From Elsinoe ampelina (lineage: Eukaryota), in assembly GCA_010093995.1 (NCBI GenBank), contig ML992504.1:806001-870000 (forward strand): a stretch of 64,000 bases of DNA, given 5' to 3'. Positions 20,990 to 33,945 of this stretch are shown here, one piece after another (the first letter of the stretch is position 1; each line of letters starts with the position of its first letter). The translations under genes were made by a program, and so were the position numbers. The notes below the pieces were generated by a model that did no database searches, had not been told where the DNA came from, and worked only from the letters and a program-made list of their open reading frames with translations.

Positions 20990-22929
20990 CACGGAAACGT
21001 CACGTCGAGGCGATTGACACGCTTATCTGACACGCGTCGAACGTGTGAGGTGAGGCCTTGTGATGATGCGATGAGCTCGGTGATGAAAGGAAGCTCTAGT
21101 CGAGCTGAAGACGATGAAGGTAAAGCGCAAGGAGGTGTAAGCGTGTCGGGCACGTGTTGGTGGTGCGCGTTGCGAAAGGTGGAGAGGATGGAGAAAGAGA
21201 AAACGAGCGAAGCCAACGAAATACCTACACTCGGAAAGCTCGCACGGACCAACTTCCAAAGTGTCCAGCACAGCACGCGACTGGTACTTTCCACGTCTCT
21301 CATGGCCTAGAAAAATGCCGGGAAAGTTCTGATTGACCTTCAATGAAGCCTCTTCTTACCTCATTTGTGGTTTTGAGTACCCAGATCCCGTTGTATGGAT
21401 TGTTATGGCTGGCGTGACCAAAAACCGCCGAGAAAGCCCCCTCCTCACTTGCAACATCCCAAATCGGTTTTGCGCCGGGATCCGCGGCGTCTGACGTGGG
21501 GCAGCTACAGCTTCCCAACAGTGCGTGCTCGATCGTTCGCCAGACACTGGACTTTCTATACCGATGCAGCTGAGGCGTTCCAGAGCATGACAGAGCTGAT
21601 TCGTAGCAATTCGGTGCTTGTAACCCGACCGATGCAGTGATTGTGACACAAAGTCCCATGTATATCGCCGATCTGGGCTTTGCAGGGTGCACAGGTCAAC
21701 TTTTCATCCCGCGTCACATTGGCTGGGCGAATTCCGAGGCTGCGTAGAATTTGCGGATTGACCGTAGGCTGTTGTCCCATAGTCGAATGCTCTCCAGAGG
21801 CATCGCTGACGTCGCCGCCATGTGTTTGGTTTCGACGGAGCTAATCGAAGTCTTCGAGACAGATTCGTGATGCTTCTGAAAGTTCCGCTTTGAGTGGATA
21901 GAATGCTTTCGTGACCTTGCCTATGCAGTGTGTGCTCAATCGTTGCTCATGTGGTACCGCGCACAAGATCCAGCATCTCCATTTCCAGTGTCATGCAATA
22001 TCAAACCACCGGGCTCCTTTATAGAGGCAAGATCGTGCTTGTAACCTCGAGTGGTGCGTTCGAAATGGCCAGTGAGAGACAAGTACGGATATCTGAATGA
22101 AATGCCCCTCGGTACGACCGCTGGTAGGTATCGTGTCAACCAAGCGAGCAATGGGATCATGTACTATCCACTAAAGTGATCAGGAAAGATCGGGAAATGC
22201 ATGTTGATGATTAGGAGAAAAGAAGAAAGGTTTTTACAGTGAAGATCTGGCTCCCTGTGCCGCTTCACCTGACTCACCGTGCGGTTCTGGCAACTAGTGA
22301 TCACTAATTTGCAGTAGTTCTATGTCATGGTCAATGCAGAGATGTCCGTTGCTGCTATCCTGTATCGTCTCAGGCCATGCTAGGGAGCCGCAGTGCGTGT
22401 AGCGGGCGTGGGCGGACGGGCAATATATTCCCAGCTCTTGACGACCACGGCGGTCCTGATAGCGTATCACTGATATTAGGTGACTGTCAAGCGTGTCTCG
22501 TTTTGCATGGACCTCCCGGATGTGCTGTCGCATTGAGTGCAGGAGGTTTAGGCAGGGGCTGAGCGAGGGTTGTCTCGCGGGGGCTGTCATGGGCTGAGGG
22601 ATTCCGAGAAGGTCCTCTCCTTGATTTCCTTTTCGAGTGTCTGGCCTGCCATCTTTGAATGTCGCTTCGCACTTCGATCTCGTCGTTGTCGGAAGAGTAC
22701 GCTGGATGGTCGGTCATATCGCACCAAATCAGCGGATGTGGTGTAGTGGTCTGTGCACGATATCACGTGCCGAACCATGCTCTTCTGAGTTACACAAGGT
22801 CAAGTTCACATAATAAGTGGAATTGGACAGTTGACACTGAAGGTATTTATACATTCCTGACATTGATGGCTTGCTGCAGCTTATTCTTCTCCACATATCA
22901 TTGTATCCTGTGGACTGTCATGCCTGATT

Positions 22930-25884
22930 TTAGAATCCCCGACTCTTCGGCATCACCGGCTTCCTGACAGCCCCTGTCGACGTAACCTTCTTCACCGCCG
23001 ACGACACTGGCTTCCTGGCTGCAACCTCCTTCTCCTCCTCCTGTCGTTTCCTCTGCTTCTCTCGGTCACGATCTTCTGCCATCCTCGCCTCGATTTCCAG
23101 CCTCTTGTTGAACTCGGTTTCAGTGGCACGCTTGTTCTTCAGTGAGTATCCTTTCTCCTTGACGCTATAGAATACTCCACCAAGATCAGCGAGCCAGTGT
23201 GGATCCACTGCTGTGACGCACGACATGTATTCCTTCGAGGTGAGGATGAGCTCGTGGTAGACGACGTAGTCCGGAGGATCGCCTGAGTTGAAGAGAGCAC
23301 TGGTAGGGTGAAGCTGGACCGAGACGGAGGTACGCAGGTTGACGTACTCGCCCAGGCCTTTCCTCTTTGCAGCTTGGTGGTAGTATCCAGAGCACACGCA
23401 CTGCCGAATGATTTCTGTGTCATAGCCGGCGCTGACCATTTCCATCTTGAGAGAAGCCATAATGTCTTTGATCTGGTTGCGGATCTCATCTGCTCGACGT
23501 AAAGCCTTCGGATGCAGGAAGTGCCGGACACACCAGTTGTCTTTTTTGCCGTTTGCTCGCCACTGTTGGTACACATTCAGAAGCGTCAGATGGTCGCTGG
23601 AGGGGTCAAAAAACTTCTCACGTGCAGCGTCAGCTTCTTCCATGCGCTCCTTTGGCCTGTAGAACACCGATGGGACGCTCAGCATAGAAACAATTGTCAG
23701 CATCTCCTCGCTACACCCATACTCTACCGAAGTAAGGATGAGCTTGGCCAGAGACGGATCCATGGGAAAGTTTGTCATCTTGCTCCCCACATCTGTAAGC
23801 TCCCCGAGATTGTCCAGAGCACCAAGAGCCCACAGATCGAACAAAGAGGTCGTGATGGTATCCTGAGGTGGTGGATCCATAAAGTCAAAATCCAGAAGGT
23901 CTTTCACTCCCAGAGATTTCAAGAGAAGCACAGTATTTGCAAGGTTGGTTCGCTGAATCTCAGGAATGGTCTGGATATAAAGCTCGTCCCTAAATGCTCT
24001 CTCGGTGTACAGGTGAAATGCTCTGCCAGGTCCGGTACGACCAGCCCGTCCAGCTCTTTGAGAAGCATTGGCCTGACTGATTGGTGTGATCTGCAATGTG
24101 TCCATTCCCATCTTTGGGTTGTAGACTTTGAGTTTGCTGAAACCAGAATCAACGACGTACATGATGCCGTCCACAGTGAGTGATGTCTCCGCGATATTGG
24201 TCGCGACAATGACTTTCCTTACACCTGGGGCTGCTCGGTCGAAAATCTTCGCCTGTAAATCGGCTGGCATTTGACTGTAGATAGGCAGAATAGACAACTT
24301 CGGAGGGTCGTTCAGTAGCCTCAGGCGCTCCGCGACGAGTTCGCAGGTAACCTCAATATCTTCTTGACCGGTCATGAAGACAAGGATATCTCCTTGACCT
24401 TGCGAGACATGGATTGCCAGGACTTGACGAACGGCAGCATCGACATAATCTTCAGAAGGCGTCTTCGAATATTGAATGTCGACAGGAAAGGTCCGACCTG
24501 GAATGAAGAACTCAGGAGCTCCACCGTAGAATCGAGAGAACCGTTCAGCGTTCATTGTAGCTGATGTGACAATGAGCTTAAGGTCTCGTCGACGCGCGAG
24601 GACTTTCTTGATCAGACCCATGAGGACGTCTGTATTGAGTGCTCTTTCGTGAGCTTCGTCCATAATGATGCAAGAGTATTTGTCCAGATCTGGCTCCGTA
24701 AGAGACTCACGAAGTAACACACCATCAGTCATATACTTGATGACGGTGTCTTTGCTCGTGCAATCTTCGAAACGGATGGAGTATCCAACTAGATCGCCAA
24801 GCTTGACCTCCATCTCCTCTGCCACACGCTTTGCAACACTCATCGCAGCCACTCGACGAGGTTGTGTGCAACCGATCAAGCCAGACTTGCCGTACCCGTC
24901 CTCGTACAAGAATTGTGTGAGCTGTGTTGTCTTCCCAGATCCTGTTTGCCCAACGACAATAATCACCTGATTGTCCCGAATGACTCGAAGCAGGTCTTCA
25001 CGGACAGCGAAAGCAGGGAGATACTCTCTTTGTTCTCTCAGAGACTTACTTCGACTGAAGTCGCTCTGACCTTCATCCCTTTTCATGTGTTCAGCGAATT
25101 TACTGCCACTTTGATTCTCTTCTCCATTTGTCGGAGCAGCACTGTCAGTGTCGTCCTCCTTGACGCCCATGAGATTACCCAAAGCCGTCCCTGCTACATT
25201 AGTAGCCTCTTGTGCCTGCTTCTGCCTCTCCTTCTGCTGTCGGCGCTCTTTGACCACCTTGCTTCCTCTCCTGCTGAAAACTGCCATATCGCTCTGCGGA
25301 TCTTTGACAGCCGGAACAGGATCCAGCTGTTTCGTGAAGATCGTCTTGCCATCGAGAAAGGGCGGGCGTAGATCGTGAACCAGCAAATGTACCCGGACTT
25401 CATCATCGTCGTCGAAACCGTCGAGATCTTCACGTCGTTGCGCCACACCAGACGTGAGCATGCGATTTGTCTCCCAGGCGTCATTCTCCCGCTGTCGCTG
25501 CATAGCTCGTGGATTTGTCCGCGCTCGCGCCGCCAACTTCCTCTCAAGCATAGCCGTCTCTTGCCTCTGCGTCTCCCACGTTGACTCCTCCGCACCGAAG
25601 GGATTGTGGTAGTCGTCTCCCAACGTATTGCCGTTCTCATCCCCAGTGTACCAGTCTCGATCTATGGCTGTCGCATCGCCTCCTTCGACACCGGCTTCAG
25701 GCCCCTCGAACCTGTCATGAGGTGACTCAGCCCGTCCTTGTCGCCGACGTGGTGCGGAAGAGCCATTCCGATCATCATTGCGCCTATCTCGAAATGATGG
25801 TCTCTGGAAATTAGGCCGGATCGCGTAGTCATCCCCACCGTCGTGATCGAGCTTGCGTCGCTTTGGGCTATATTCGCGAGCCAT
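22930..25884 (-). CDS. PRP16: Pre-mRNA splicing DEAH-box RNA helicase Prp16
   Basis: [41 protein letters not shown], and the Prp16-specific N-terminal [11 protein letters not shown]...[15 protein letters not shown]. First ATG at 25884. Confidence 0.95.
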   Translation of the reverse strand: MAREYSPKRRKLDHDGGDDYAIRPNFQRPSFRDRRNDDRNGSSAPRRRQGRAESPHDRFEGPEAGVEGGDATAIDRDWYTGDENGNTLGDDYHNPFGAEESTWETQRQETAMLERKLAARARTNPRAMQRQRENDAWETNRMLTSGVAQRREDLDGFDDDDEVRVHLLVHDLRPPFLDGKTIFTKQLDPVPAVKDPQSDMAVFSRRGSKVVKERRQQKERQKQAQEATNVAGTALGNLMGVKEDDTDSAAPTNGEENQSGSKFAEHMKRDEGQSDFSRSKSLREQREYLPAFAVREDLLRVIRDNQVIIVVGQTGSGKTTQLTQFLYEDGYGKSGLIGCTQPRRVAAMSVAKRVAEEMEVKLGDLVGYSIRFEDCTSKDTVIKYMTDGVLLRESLTEPDLDKYSCIIMDEAHERALNTDVLMGLIKKVLARRRDLKLIVTSATMNAERFSRFYGGAPEFFIPGRTFPVDIQYSKTPSEDYVDAAVRQVLAIHVSQGQGDILVFMTGQEDIEVTCELVAERLRLLNDPPKLSILPIYSQMPADLQAKIFDRAAPGVRKVIVATNIAETSLTVDGIMYVVDSGFSKLKVYNPKMGMDTLQITPISQANASQRAGRAGRTGPGRAFHLYTERAFRDELYIQTIPEIQRTNLANTVLLLKSLGVKDLLDFDFMDPPPQDTITTSLFDLWALGALDNLGELTDVGSKMTNFPMDPSLAKLILTSVEYGCSEEMLTIVSMLSVPSVFYRPKERMEEADAAREKFFDPSSDHLTLLNVYQQWRANGKKDNWCVRHFLHPKALRRADEIRNQIKDIMASLKMEMVSAGYDTEIIRQCVCSGYYHQAAKRKGLGEYVNLRTSVSVQLHPTSALFNSGDPPDYVVYHELILTSKEYMSCVTAVDPHWLADLGGVFYSVKEKGYSLKNKRATETEFNKRLEIEARMAEDRDREKQRKRQEEEKEVAARKPVSSAVKKVTSTGAVRKPVMPKSRGF

Positions 25885-26445
25885 TTTCAGATGTCGATAG
25901 GGCGCGGACACTCATTCGAGGTGGAGGCCACTGTCGGCGTCTCTGTTTGCGTATAGTGGAGCAAAGATCACTAGCAGAATAAAGTTTCTCCAAAATTTTG
26001 GATGCTCGGAGCTCATTACCGCTGGTCCTCAGCCTGCAGCAACCAAAAGTTTTCGGGGTCAACACTTGATCACTCGATTTCCCAATGCAGAGAGGCTACA
26101 GTGATAATCAGCCAGCATTCACATCACATCTGACCTGTTCTGGACTGTCCCTTGAAGGTTATCGAGGTCGTCCATGAGATCGTGGCTGGACGTGGCTGTG
26201 TTTTCTTTTGATGTGGCTGATGCAGGCTATGACATCGCTCATTCGCCAGCCAAAACAGGGAAGTGCGGTTCCTTGGCGCAGATCAGACACCGCGCCTGCC
26301 GCTGACGACATTGTCGCCCTTGGCAGTCCTGTTATATTTGACAAGGGGCACCTCACTTTTGGTCACTTTCAACACTCGAGCAACTCATCTAATCACCTAC
26401 AACATCAAATTTCCACCCTACATCTACACTACACCAACCAACGAC

Positions 26446-26631
26446 ATGGGTCTCATGTGGACTAAGCACTGGGGCGGAAAGCATGGCGGTGGTGGCATCA
26501 TTGTAGACAAGGTTCGTACATCCCGTCTCGAGCGGCTAGACGACCTAATGCATATACTGACGTTTGATCAGCATGGTGCTCGTCGAGCTCCCTTCCGTTT
26601 CAGCATCGGCCGCTTCAGCTGCTTCCGTTAA
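26446..26631 (+). CDS. 41-aa spliced microprotein of unknown function; intron 26512-26571
   Basis: MGLMWTKHWGGKHGGGGIIVDK|HGARRAPFRFSIGRFSCFR*; phase-0 intron GTTCGT...ACTGAC...CAG; C/A-rich leader and TATA-like GTTATATTT at 26331. Confidence 0.6.
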   Translation: MGLMWTKHWGGKHGGGGIIVDKVRTSRLERLDDLMHILTFDQHGARRAPFRFSIGRFSCFR

Positions 26632-27097
26632 ATATCATTCGACCTGGACACAGAGAACAACGCAGTGCACGCCTAAGAGTCCAACCGGAATGCGGCGTAA
26701 CTTGTCATTACCATTATCATCAACTCAGCCTAACCAACACTTCCCCGGCTTGTCTCCTCAGTTGAAGACCAGTTTCACGACGTTTACGAACATGCGTAGT
26801 CTAGCATAGAATATCTTAATCGCCAAACCTTGAATACCCTGCTTTGTCCACCTTGCAAGTGATCTGACGTGCATATCTTCCCCATTGCCATGCACGATTC
26901 TTTCGACAGGATGGAATGTCGAGTCAGTGTGTGGATCTCTGGTATTCTCGCTACGAAAGAGGCTGCGGCGTATCCATGGCGGGGCGGAGTCTGGCAGCGG
27001 TGACTGCGGGGAAATTTTGGTTCAAAAATTTCCAGCTCAAATTCCACCTAGCGGGACCGCTGTACAACCACTCAATTTTTTCCCAAACCACACAAAG

Positions 27098-28806
27098 ATG
27101 TCTATGATCACAGCAGTCTCATGGGTACCTCGGGGCCAGGCAGCCCAATTCCCGACCAAATACGTCTTTGACGAGGACGAGTACGAGCGCATATCTAAGC
27201 TCGCTAAACTCGAATTGGACGATGCGCGCGAAGATCTCGAGAACGCCCAAGCTGAGGAATCGGGAACCAAGCAGAATGGGCATGCAGAGAAAGAGAATGG
27301 CGAGCATAAGGACAATCAAGAAGATGCAGACTCCGACGTGTCCGTTGCTATACCTCCACTGCTGAACTGTGACTGATCGGGGACAGAGACTTGAACGATG
27401 ACGACCTGAAAGAGTACGATCTCGAGCACTATGACGAGGACGAAGAGGAGGAAGATGCGGACGAGGACAAGGGTGCGGGCACACTACCTATGTTCTCCAA
27501 CGTACGGTCACTGGCGTACCATACTTCCAACGCGGAAGATCCATACATCACTGTACAGGACGATGAAGCCTCGGACGACGACGAGCGAGAAGAGCTGCAA
27601 ATCTTGGAATCGGACAATCTAGTACTTGCAGCAAAGGTGGAAGACGAGGTAGCGCATCTGGAAGTCTACGTGTATGAGGACTCGGCGGACAACCTCTATG
27701 TGCACCACGACATCATGCTTCCTGCGATACCACTCGCAGTGGAATGGATCAACATGCCGGTGAATCGCAAAGTGCCCGCGGGTATGTCAGCACCATCGAA
27801 AGCCAACTTTGTTGCAATAGGGACTATGGATCCGGACATAGAGATCTGGGACCTCGACCTGGTAGACAGCATGTATCCCAACGCAGTGCTCGGTGCTCCC
27901 GACTCGAATGCGAACATACCTACAGCCCTTGCGGGACCCAAGAAAAAGAAGAAGAAGTCAAAGGCGGCAAACTCAACACACCACGTCGACTCGGTCCTCT
28001 CACTCGCCTCTTCAAGACCACACCCTCACCTCCTCGCATCAGCCTCAGCAGACACAACCGTCAAGCTCTGGGATCTCCAATCACTCACCTGCGCCCAATC
28101 ATACACCCACCACAACGACAAAGTCTGCGCTCTAGCATGGCACCCCACACAATCCACCATCCTCCTCTCCGGCTCCTACGACCGCACGCTAGTAGCATCA
28201 GACATGCGCGCCCCCGACTCCAAACCCCCCAAATGGGGCGTCGAATCCGACGTCGAGACCGTAAGCTGGGACCCACACAACGACAACCTCTTCTACGCCT
28301 CCACCGAATCAGGAATCCTGCACTGCTTCGACGCGCGGACAATCCCCTCTTCACCGGCCGAGAGCAAAGCGGTATGGCGACTGCAAGCACACGAGAAATC
28401 CCTCAGTAGCTTCAGCGTCAACCCAGTGGTGCCAGGTTACATCGCCACCGGCAGCACCGACAAGACGGTCAAGCTGTGGGACACACTGCCAGAAAACAGC
28501 GGGGCCGGCCCTACGATGGTCGTCAGCCGCGACGTGGGCGTTGGCAAGGTATTCGGCGTCAGCTTCGCTCCAGATGACGCAGTGGGCTTCCGCCTCGCAG
28601 TCGCGGGCAGCAAAGGCGCGCTGCAGGTGTGGGACACCAGCACGAACAAAGGTGTGAGAGAGTGCTTCGCTACTCGCGTCAAGGGAGGGCTGGAGGAGCG
28701 CAAAGGAGGCGAGAGGATGGTGAAGGTGATTGATGAGCAGGACAGTGAGGACGAAGAGGAAGAAGGAGGTGCAGGCCAGGACGGTTGGGAGAGTATGGAG
28801 GAGTAG
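27098..28806 (+). CDS. PWP1: Periodic tryptophan protein 1 (WD40, ribosome biogenesis); intron 27340-27386
   Basis: MSMITAVSWVPRG N-terminus, LKEYDLEHYD, NLYVHHDIMLPAIPL, IEIWDLD and WD repeats. Confidence 0.93.
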
Positions 28807-29004
28807 TCACGAGTTTGTTTGCATGAGCAAGAGGGGAAGTTGTCAGGAAGCAAGATACCACCATGTTTTGTGTAATAGATGATGAACAAATCGCTACGAT
28901 CGAGCCGGGTAACGCCGCGCTGAACACAGCTCTCTACATCCCTCCCTTCTGCATCCTCTTCATCTACTTTCTCTTCTTCTCCCTTGTCCTACTTCCCACA
29001 ATCC

Positions 29005-29190
29005 CTAACAAGAAGGACACCTATACCCCTCCCCCTCCCCCTCCCTCCTCCCCCTCTCCCCAACATCATCCAAACACCCCCTATGGAAAACATGTCTACA
29101 AGCAAACACCACCACCCCGGCCCTCTTCCTCTCGCCCTCATCCGCGTCCCCACCCGTTTCCTCCCTCCCCTTTCCCTTCCCTTTTCCCCC

Positions 29191-29268
<78 letters not shown>

Positions 29269-32200
29269 ACACCCCCCCCCCACCTGCGCCCCCCGCCCCC
29301 AACCTTGCTGCCTCTTCGCGTGCGCAGCGTGGACTTCTGAAAAAGCATCGGCGCCGAGGAGCTGGGATGCCAGAGCCAGGACGTCCGTCTCGTAGGCGTA
29401 GGCGGAGAAGATGTCGAGGAGGACGTGGCGGAGGTCGGTCAGGGAAGGGGCCGAGAGGGCGGCGCGGGTGAGGAAGAGGCGGAAGATGGGGAGGAAGCTG
29501 GTGCCTGGTTTGAGAGGGGCGGGGTGCGGGGGGTTGGAGGAGGCGGGTTTAGTGGGGGAGGTGGTGGCGGTGAGGAGGGCGGTGAAGACTTGTTGGACGA
29601 GGGAGCGGAGGCGGACTGGGGGGTTGGTAGGGAGGGGAGAAGGGAGGGTGTTGCAGGATGAGGAGATGAGTTTGGAGATGTTGACCGTGAGGGAGATGAG
29701 GGTGAGCCAGAGGTATTCGTCGAGGGTGAGTGTGTTCTCGGTAATGGAGCTGGGATCGCGGCGGGTGGGAGAGGGTGTCTGGGATGCGATCTGCGATTGG
29801 CCGGTGCAGAGCCAGATGCCCAATTTGGTGTATTTATCAATGTCGGCGAGGAGGTCCTTGATGCCGACTTCGAGGCCGAACACATCGGGTGAGGTAGTAC
29901 TTGAGGAGATGAGGCTGGCAAGAGCATTACTGAGAGACTGTAAGTGCTTTTCAAGCCGGTCCATGGCTTCCCTTGCTAGGCCATCTTTGGTGAGGAGGAG
30001 GACTGCTGCGTCTATGACACCGTACTTTTCAATGACAGGGAGGACAGCATCGAGATGTAGATCACCAGATTCCAGTGTCGTCACAAAATCTGCAACGTGT
30101 GTGGGATTGTGGATACACATCAATTGGATGTAGCGATCGGAGAATTTGCCAACGAGCTCTTTAGGTGCTTGCACATCTGTTCGTGACATCTGCTTCGCAT
30201 CGGGCTCCAGAAGTTCTTGAAGAAACGCATGTTGCAGGCGTGACTCCTTTAAAGATTCGATCAAGTCATCAATCCTCGAGCTCATGTGCTTGACTACCAA
30301 CTGCGTCGTTTGAGAGAGGTCGATAAATATGAGCTCCTGGGCGCGAGCGCAGATGATGTCCTCGATAGCTTGTCTCTGCTTTGCTCCAGTCTCGGTCCGG
30401 AAGCTCAATTCGATATCCTGAAAGACATCTAGCCGGTCATCAGGATCTTCGAGGAAAGTGGCAATTAGTTCCACATATCTACGTTCACTTCGATATGTGG
30501 ATTTGAGCACCCGATAGAAGCGAGCGTGTTGCAGCGCTTTTATGAAATCATCCGTAACAGGCGGGTGATAAACAGAAAGCAAATATTCCACGCTAAGCTG
30601 ACATTCATCAGATAGGTCGTCATCATCGTTGCTGCACAGTCGGCGAAGAATCTGCTGCAGAGCTGATCCTGACAAGATAAGGAATTGAGGATATTTTGGC
30701 AAGCTCCGTGCGATAAACATGTCCAGATAAATGGTCTGGCTCGGCTCAAAATCGCTCGCGGACATGGTTTCTAAAAGTATGCTGATAATTTGTTGGCGGG
30801 TCATTTTGTACATCGATCCATTGACCGGTGTCGTTGGCGTTTCGTCGTAATCTTGGTCCTGATTAGAATTAAGGTAAGGATCCTCGAATGCTTCGTTCAT
30901 CATGCTCATGAAGTTCGGAGTGTCGAAATGAAGCAAAAGACGAAGATATGGGAAGGCTGGCTCTTCCTCCAACTCCTCCACAGTGCGAATCTTCGTCTTG
31001 GAACCCGGTGGCCAAGTGATTATGTGCGCAGAGAATAACATTTTGTACATGTCTTGACGAACAGCGTCAGCTTGTTCGTCGTCCATCGGATCTCCCTTTG
31101 GATACAGTCGTCCAGTCAAAGAGAAGGCAAGGTAGGGAAAGATTTTCATGGCAGCATCTAGCCTGTCCTCATGGTCATAAGCCGCTGTGCCATTGGAGAG
31201 ATTTTGTACCCGGATCAGTGCACACAACTCTGCGAGAGGCGTGATCCAGTCCTCCAGCGCTTGGTTCCAGACATAGATTAACGCATCATACAACAGATGC
31301 TGCTTGCACAACTTCGTGACCTGATCAATATCGAACGCATGTGCTTCGAGCCTGCACAGGATCTCTTCGAGTCGAGCTTCACGGTGGATAGAGGCGTAAT
31401 AGTCAACCACGTCCTTGACAAGCAGAGGTGGTAACGACTTGATGTCTCCTTCCATGATATAATGCTCCAGCGTGTCAATGAATATTTCTGTCTCGCGACC
31501 TTCTTTGAAATAGTCGTAGGCATCGTCCAGCAGGAAATCAGTTTCGTCCATGGCAAGACAAGCATTGAAGCACTCGTTGGTCAGATCGTGGACTCTGTCA
31601 TCCTCGATCTCTTTGTCCGAGAATCGATATTTCAACGACGCCTGGAGCAGTTCCAGAAGCCTCTCGCGGACCATCTCGTGCCTCGAAGCATCATCGTCGG
31701 GCAGACCAACACTGACTTTCCCAGTGCTGCCTTTGTAGTAGGCAATAGCGAGCTGAATGGCAGCAATGTCATCACCGTGCTCGACGAGTGCGCTGAGACG
31801 ATCTGCCCAGTTTGACAAGGTACCCACTGAGACGTCTGAGAAGCCCAGTAGGAAGGCTCGACCTTTGTAGGCTCTGAAGCTCATGTAGAAGGCATCAGCT
31901 ACCACGCCATGAATGTCGGCATCGTTCTCGTTCTGTTCCACGACAGTATGCAATTGCTTGCTGAAGAAGTCTCGGTGAAAGATGTGCATTTTGATCAGAT
32001 CCACGGAATCCATGACATGGAGGTCTCCGTCCTCCAGAATTACCAGTCGTTGACTGATGGTTAAGGCACCTATGACCGAACGGCTTAGCCACTGTACGGC
32101 GACGATAGCTTCTTCGCATTTCCATCGAGATCTCGTCTTGAAGAACAAGCTTGGCTGCTTCTCTTTGTCGTTAGGATCGAGCGGACCTATCTCGACATCC

Positions 32201-33603
32201 AGAACCGTCATGACATCAGACCAGCAATAAACGAGTTTGGTGTCAGAGGCGTCTTTACCATTGGACGGCGCCTTTAGCTTGACTGCAGGGAACCAGGCGA
32301 GACATGCACTCATTGCACCATGTGGCATGATATCCTTTGGTCGGGACGCTTTGTGCTGGGTCTGAGCGATCGGTGTCGTCGAAACTACGACAAGAAGATA
32401 TGGCGTCAGCAGGGCGGTCAGTCCCATTGTATCTGTTGCCTGCTCAACATTACCCAAAGGCAAAGGAGAAAATGCCAGCACAGAACTTGGCTTCCTCAGT
32501 TTGTCCTCTTCTGGTTTGAATGTTGGGTATCGACCGAGCAATCTAGTAGTCTTCACTGACCGACCCATGGCTCCGAAACCTCGATTTGCGAGATGAGAGA
32601 ATGCCATTCCTCCGTCGTCAGCGGAGACAAGCGCGGTGTGTCGAGTGCCTAGAAAGCCAATGTGCAGGACCGATCTATCGACTATGTGCCCTTCGGTCTC
32701 TGATTCGCGATCTGCTTGCGTCACTGCAGGAATCCAAAGAAAAGGCTTCGCTGGTCGTGCAATTTCCCACGTGAAGATGTTCCCAGAAGCATGCCCTCCG
32801 GCGACAGTCGAGTAATCTGCAGAGATGGCCAGGGAAGTGATCGCGCCTGACTCCGTCGCTTTGGTACCTTGACCAATAATTCCCTTCAGATTCTGATGGT
32901 AGTCGAAGACCAGGATGAGACCTTTCGAGGTTCCAACAACGATTGAGGCCGATACAGCCAGACATGTCGGTGATCCGAGTTGACGTTTCCCAATCTCTGA
33001 GAAAGCCTGACCAGATATTTTTCGAAGCTTTGTCCATCTTACAACTTCCCATGGTGCCTGCGGTACCTCCGAGGCGTCACCATGTTGAGACGGTAAATAT
33101 GAAGAAGTGGAAGACTGCCTCGAGTGAACATTCAAGAAAGCGGGAGAAGCTGTTCTAGATGGTGATGGTGAGATTGAGAAGCGAGATTGAAAGCGTCGTT
33201 CGAATGGCTTGATAGCACCTGAAGCTGTACGGGATGCGGATCCTCTTGGGCTTGGTGTCCCTCTAAGCGGCAAAGAGACTTGCGAGCCTTTCAACGAAGG
33301 TGTATCATCGGGAATGGAGCCTGAATCTGCTGGAGTTCCTGGTATTGAAGGAGTCCTCAATACAGTATCCAATCTCTCCCCTTGGACCACAGACTCCACA
33401 TCATCCTCTCCGTCATCTGCTTCAATGTCGTCCGGTGGACCATCCTCTATCGTAGGTAGAATGTCATCCACTTCCTCGGGATCCAATGGCTCTTCTGGTA
33501 GATGATCTATACCGTTCGTCCGGCTCTCTGATGTTCTTTGTGATTTATCTGCCTCGACATCCTCATCTGAACCGCCCCCGGCAGTTCCTCCGGATATGCT
33601 CAT
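29005..33603 (-). CDS. VPS8: CORVET complex subunit Vps8 (beta-propeller, solenoid, C-terminal RING-H2)
   Basis: PWEVVRWTKLRKI, Vps8 core LYDALIYVWN, C-terminal VVFACRHVFHRGCL...CPSC. First ATG at 33603; region near 29190-29300 is probably corrupted. Confidence 0.9.
29192..29268. repeat. 77-nt poly-C homopolymer inside the VPS8 3' coding region
   Basis: Directly visible; reads as poly-Gly in the VPS8 frame. Confidence 0.95.
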
Positions 33604-33945
33604 CAACTGATCCGGTTTGCTGTCATCTCCTGCTCCGAGCTCGAGTGCGATCGGGATCCAGCGTAGTATGTGGCTGTGAGCTCTGCCGCGTGGAGCGTTC
33701 AATTGGTGATCTGGAAATGCTTACTGGGATGTGATCGCGATCTGTGTTCAGATTCCGTTTGCAATCAAATTGGAACTTCGTCCGAGTGTATCTGAGCAAT
33801 TGCAGTTTTCCTGTAATAGGAGCAATTGCGTAACACTCCGATAAAGTGAAGCCTGGGATGCATACGCCAAGAGTCTAAGCTTCCTTCAACATTTCCAGCG
33901 CTTCCACTTCACATTACAATAACACGACAACTTTACCTCTTCAGC

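Noticed and set aside
22295..22306. Perfect 12-bp palindrome TAGTGATCACTA
   Set aside because: Several palindromes of this length are expected by chance in 64 kb.
28863..29471. Poly-Pro ORFs on the + strand (formin- or extensin-like)
   Set aside because: Produced by the poly-C tract antisense to VPS8.
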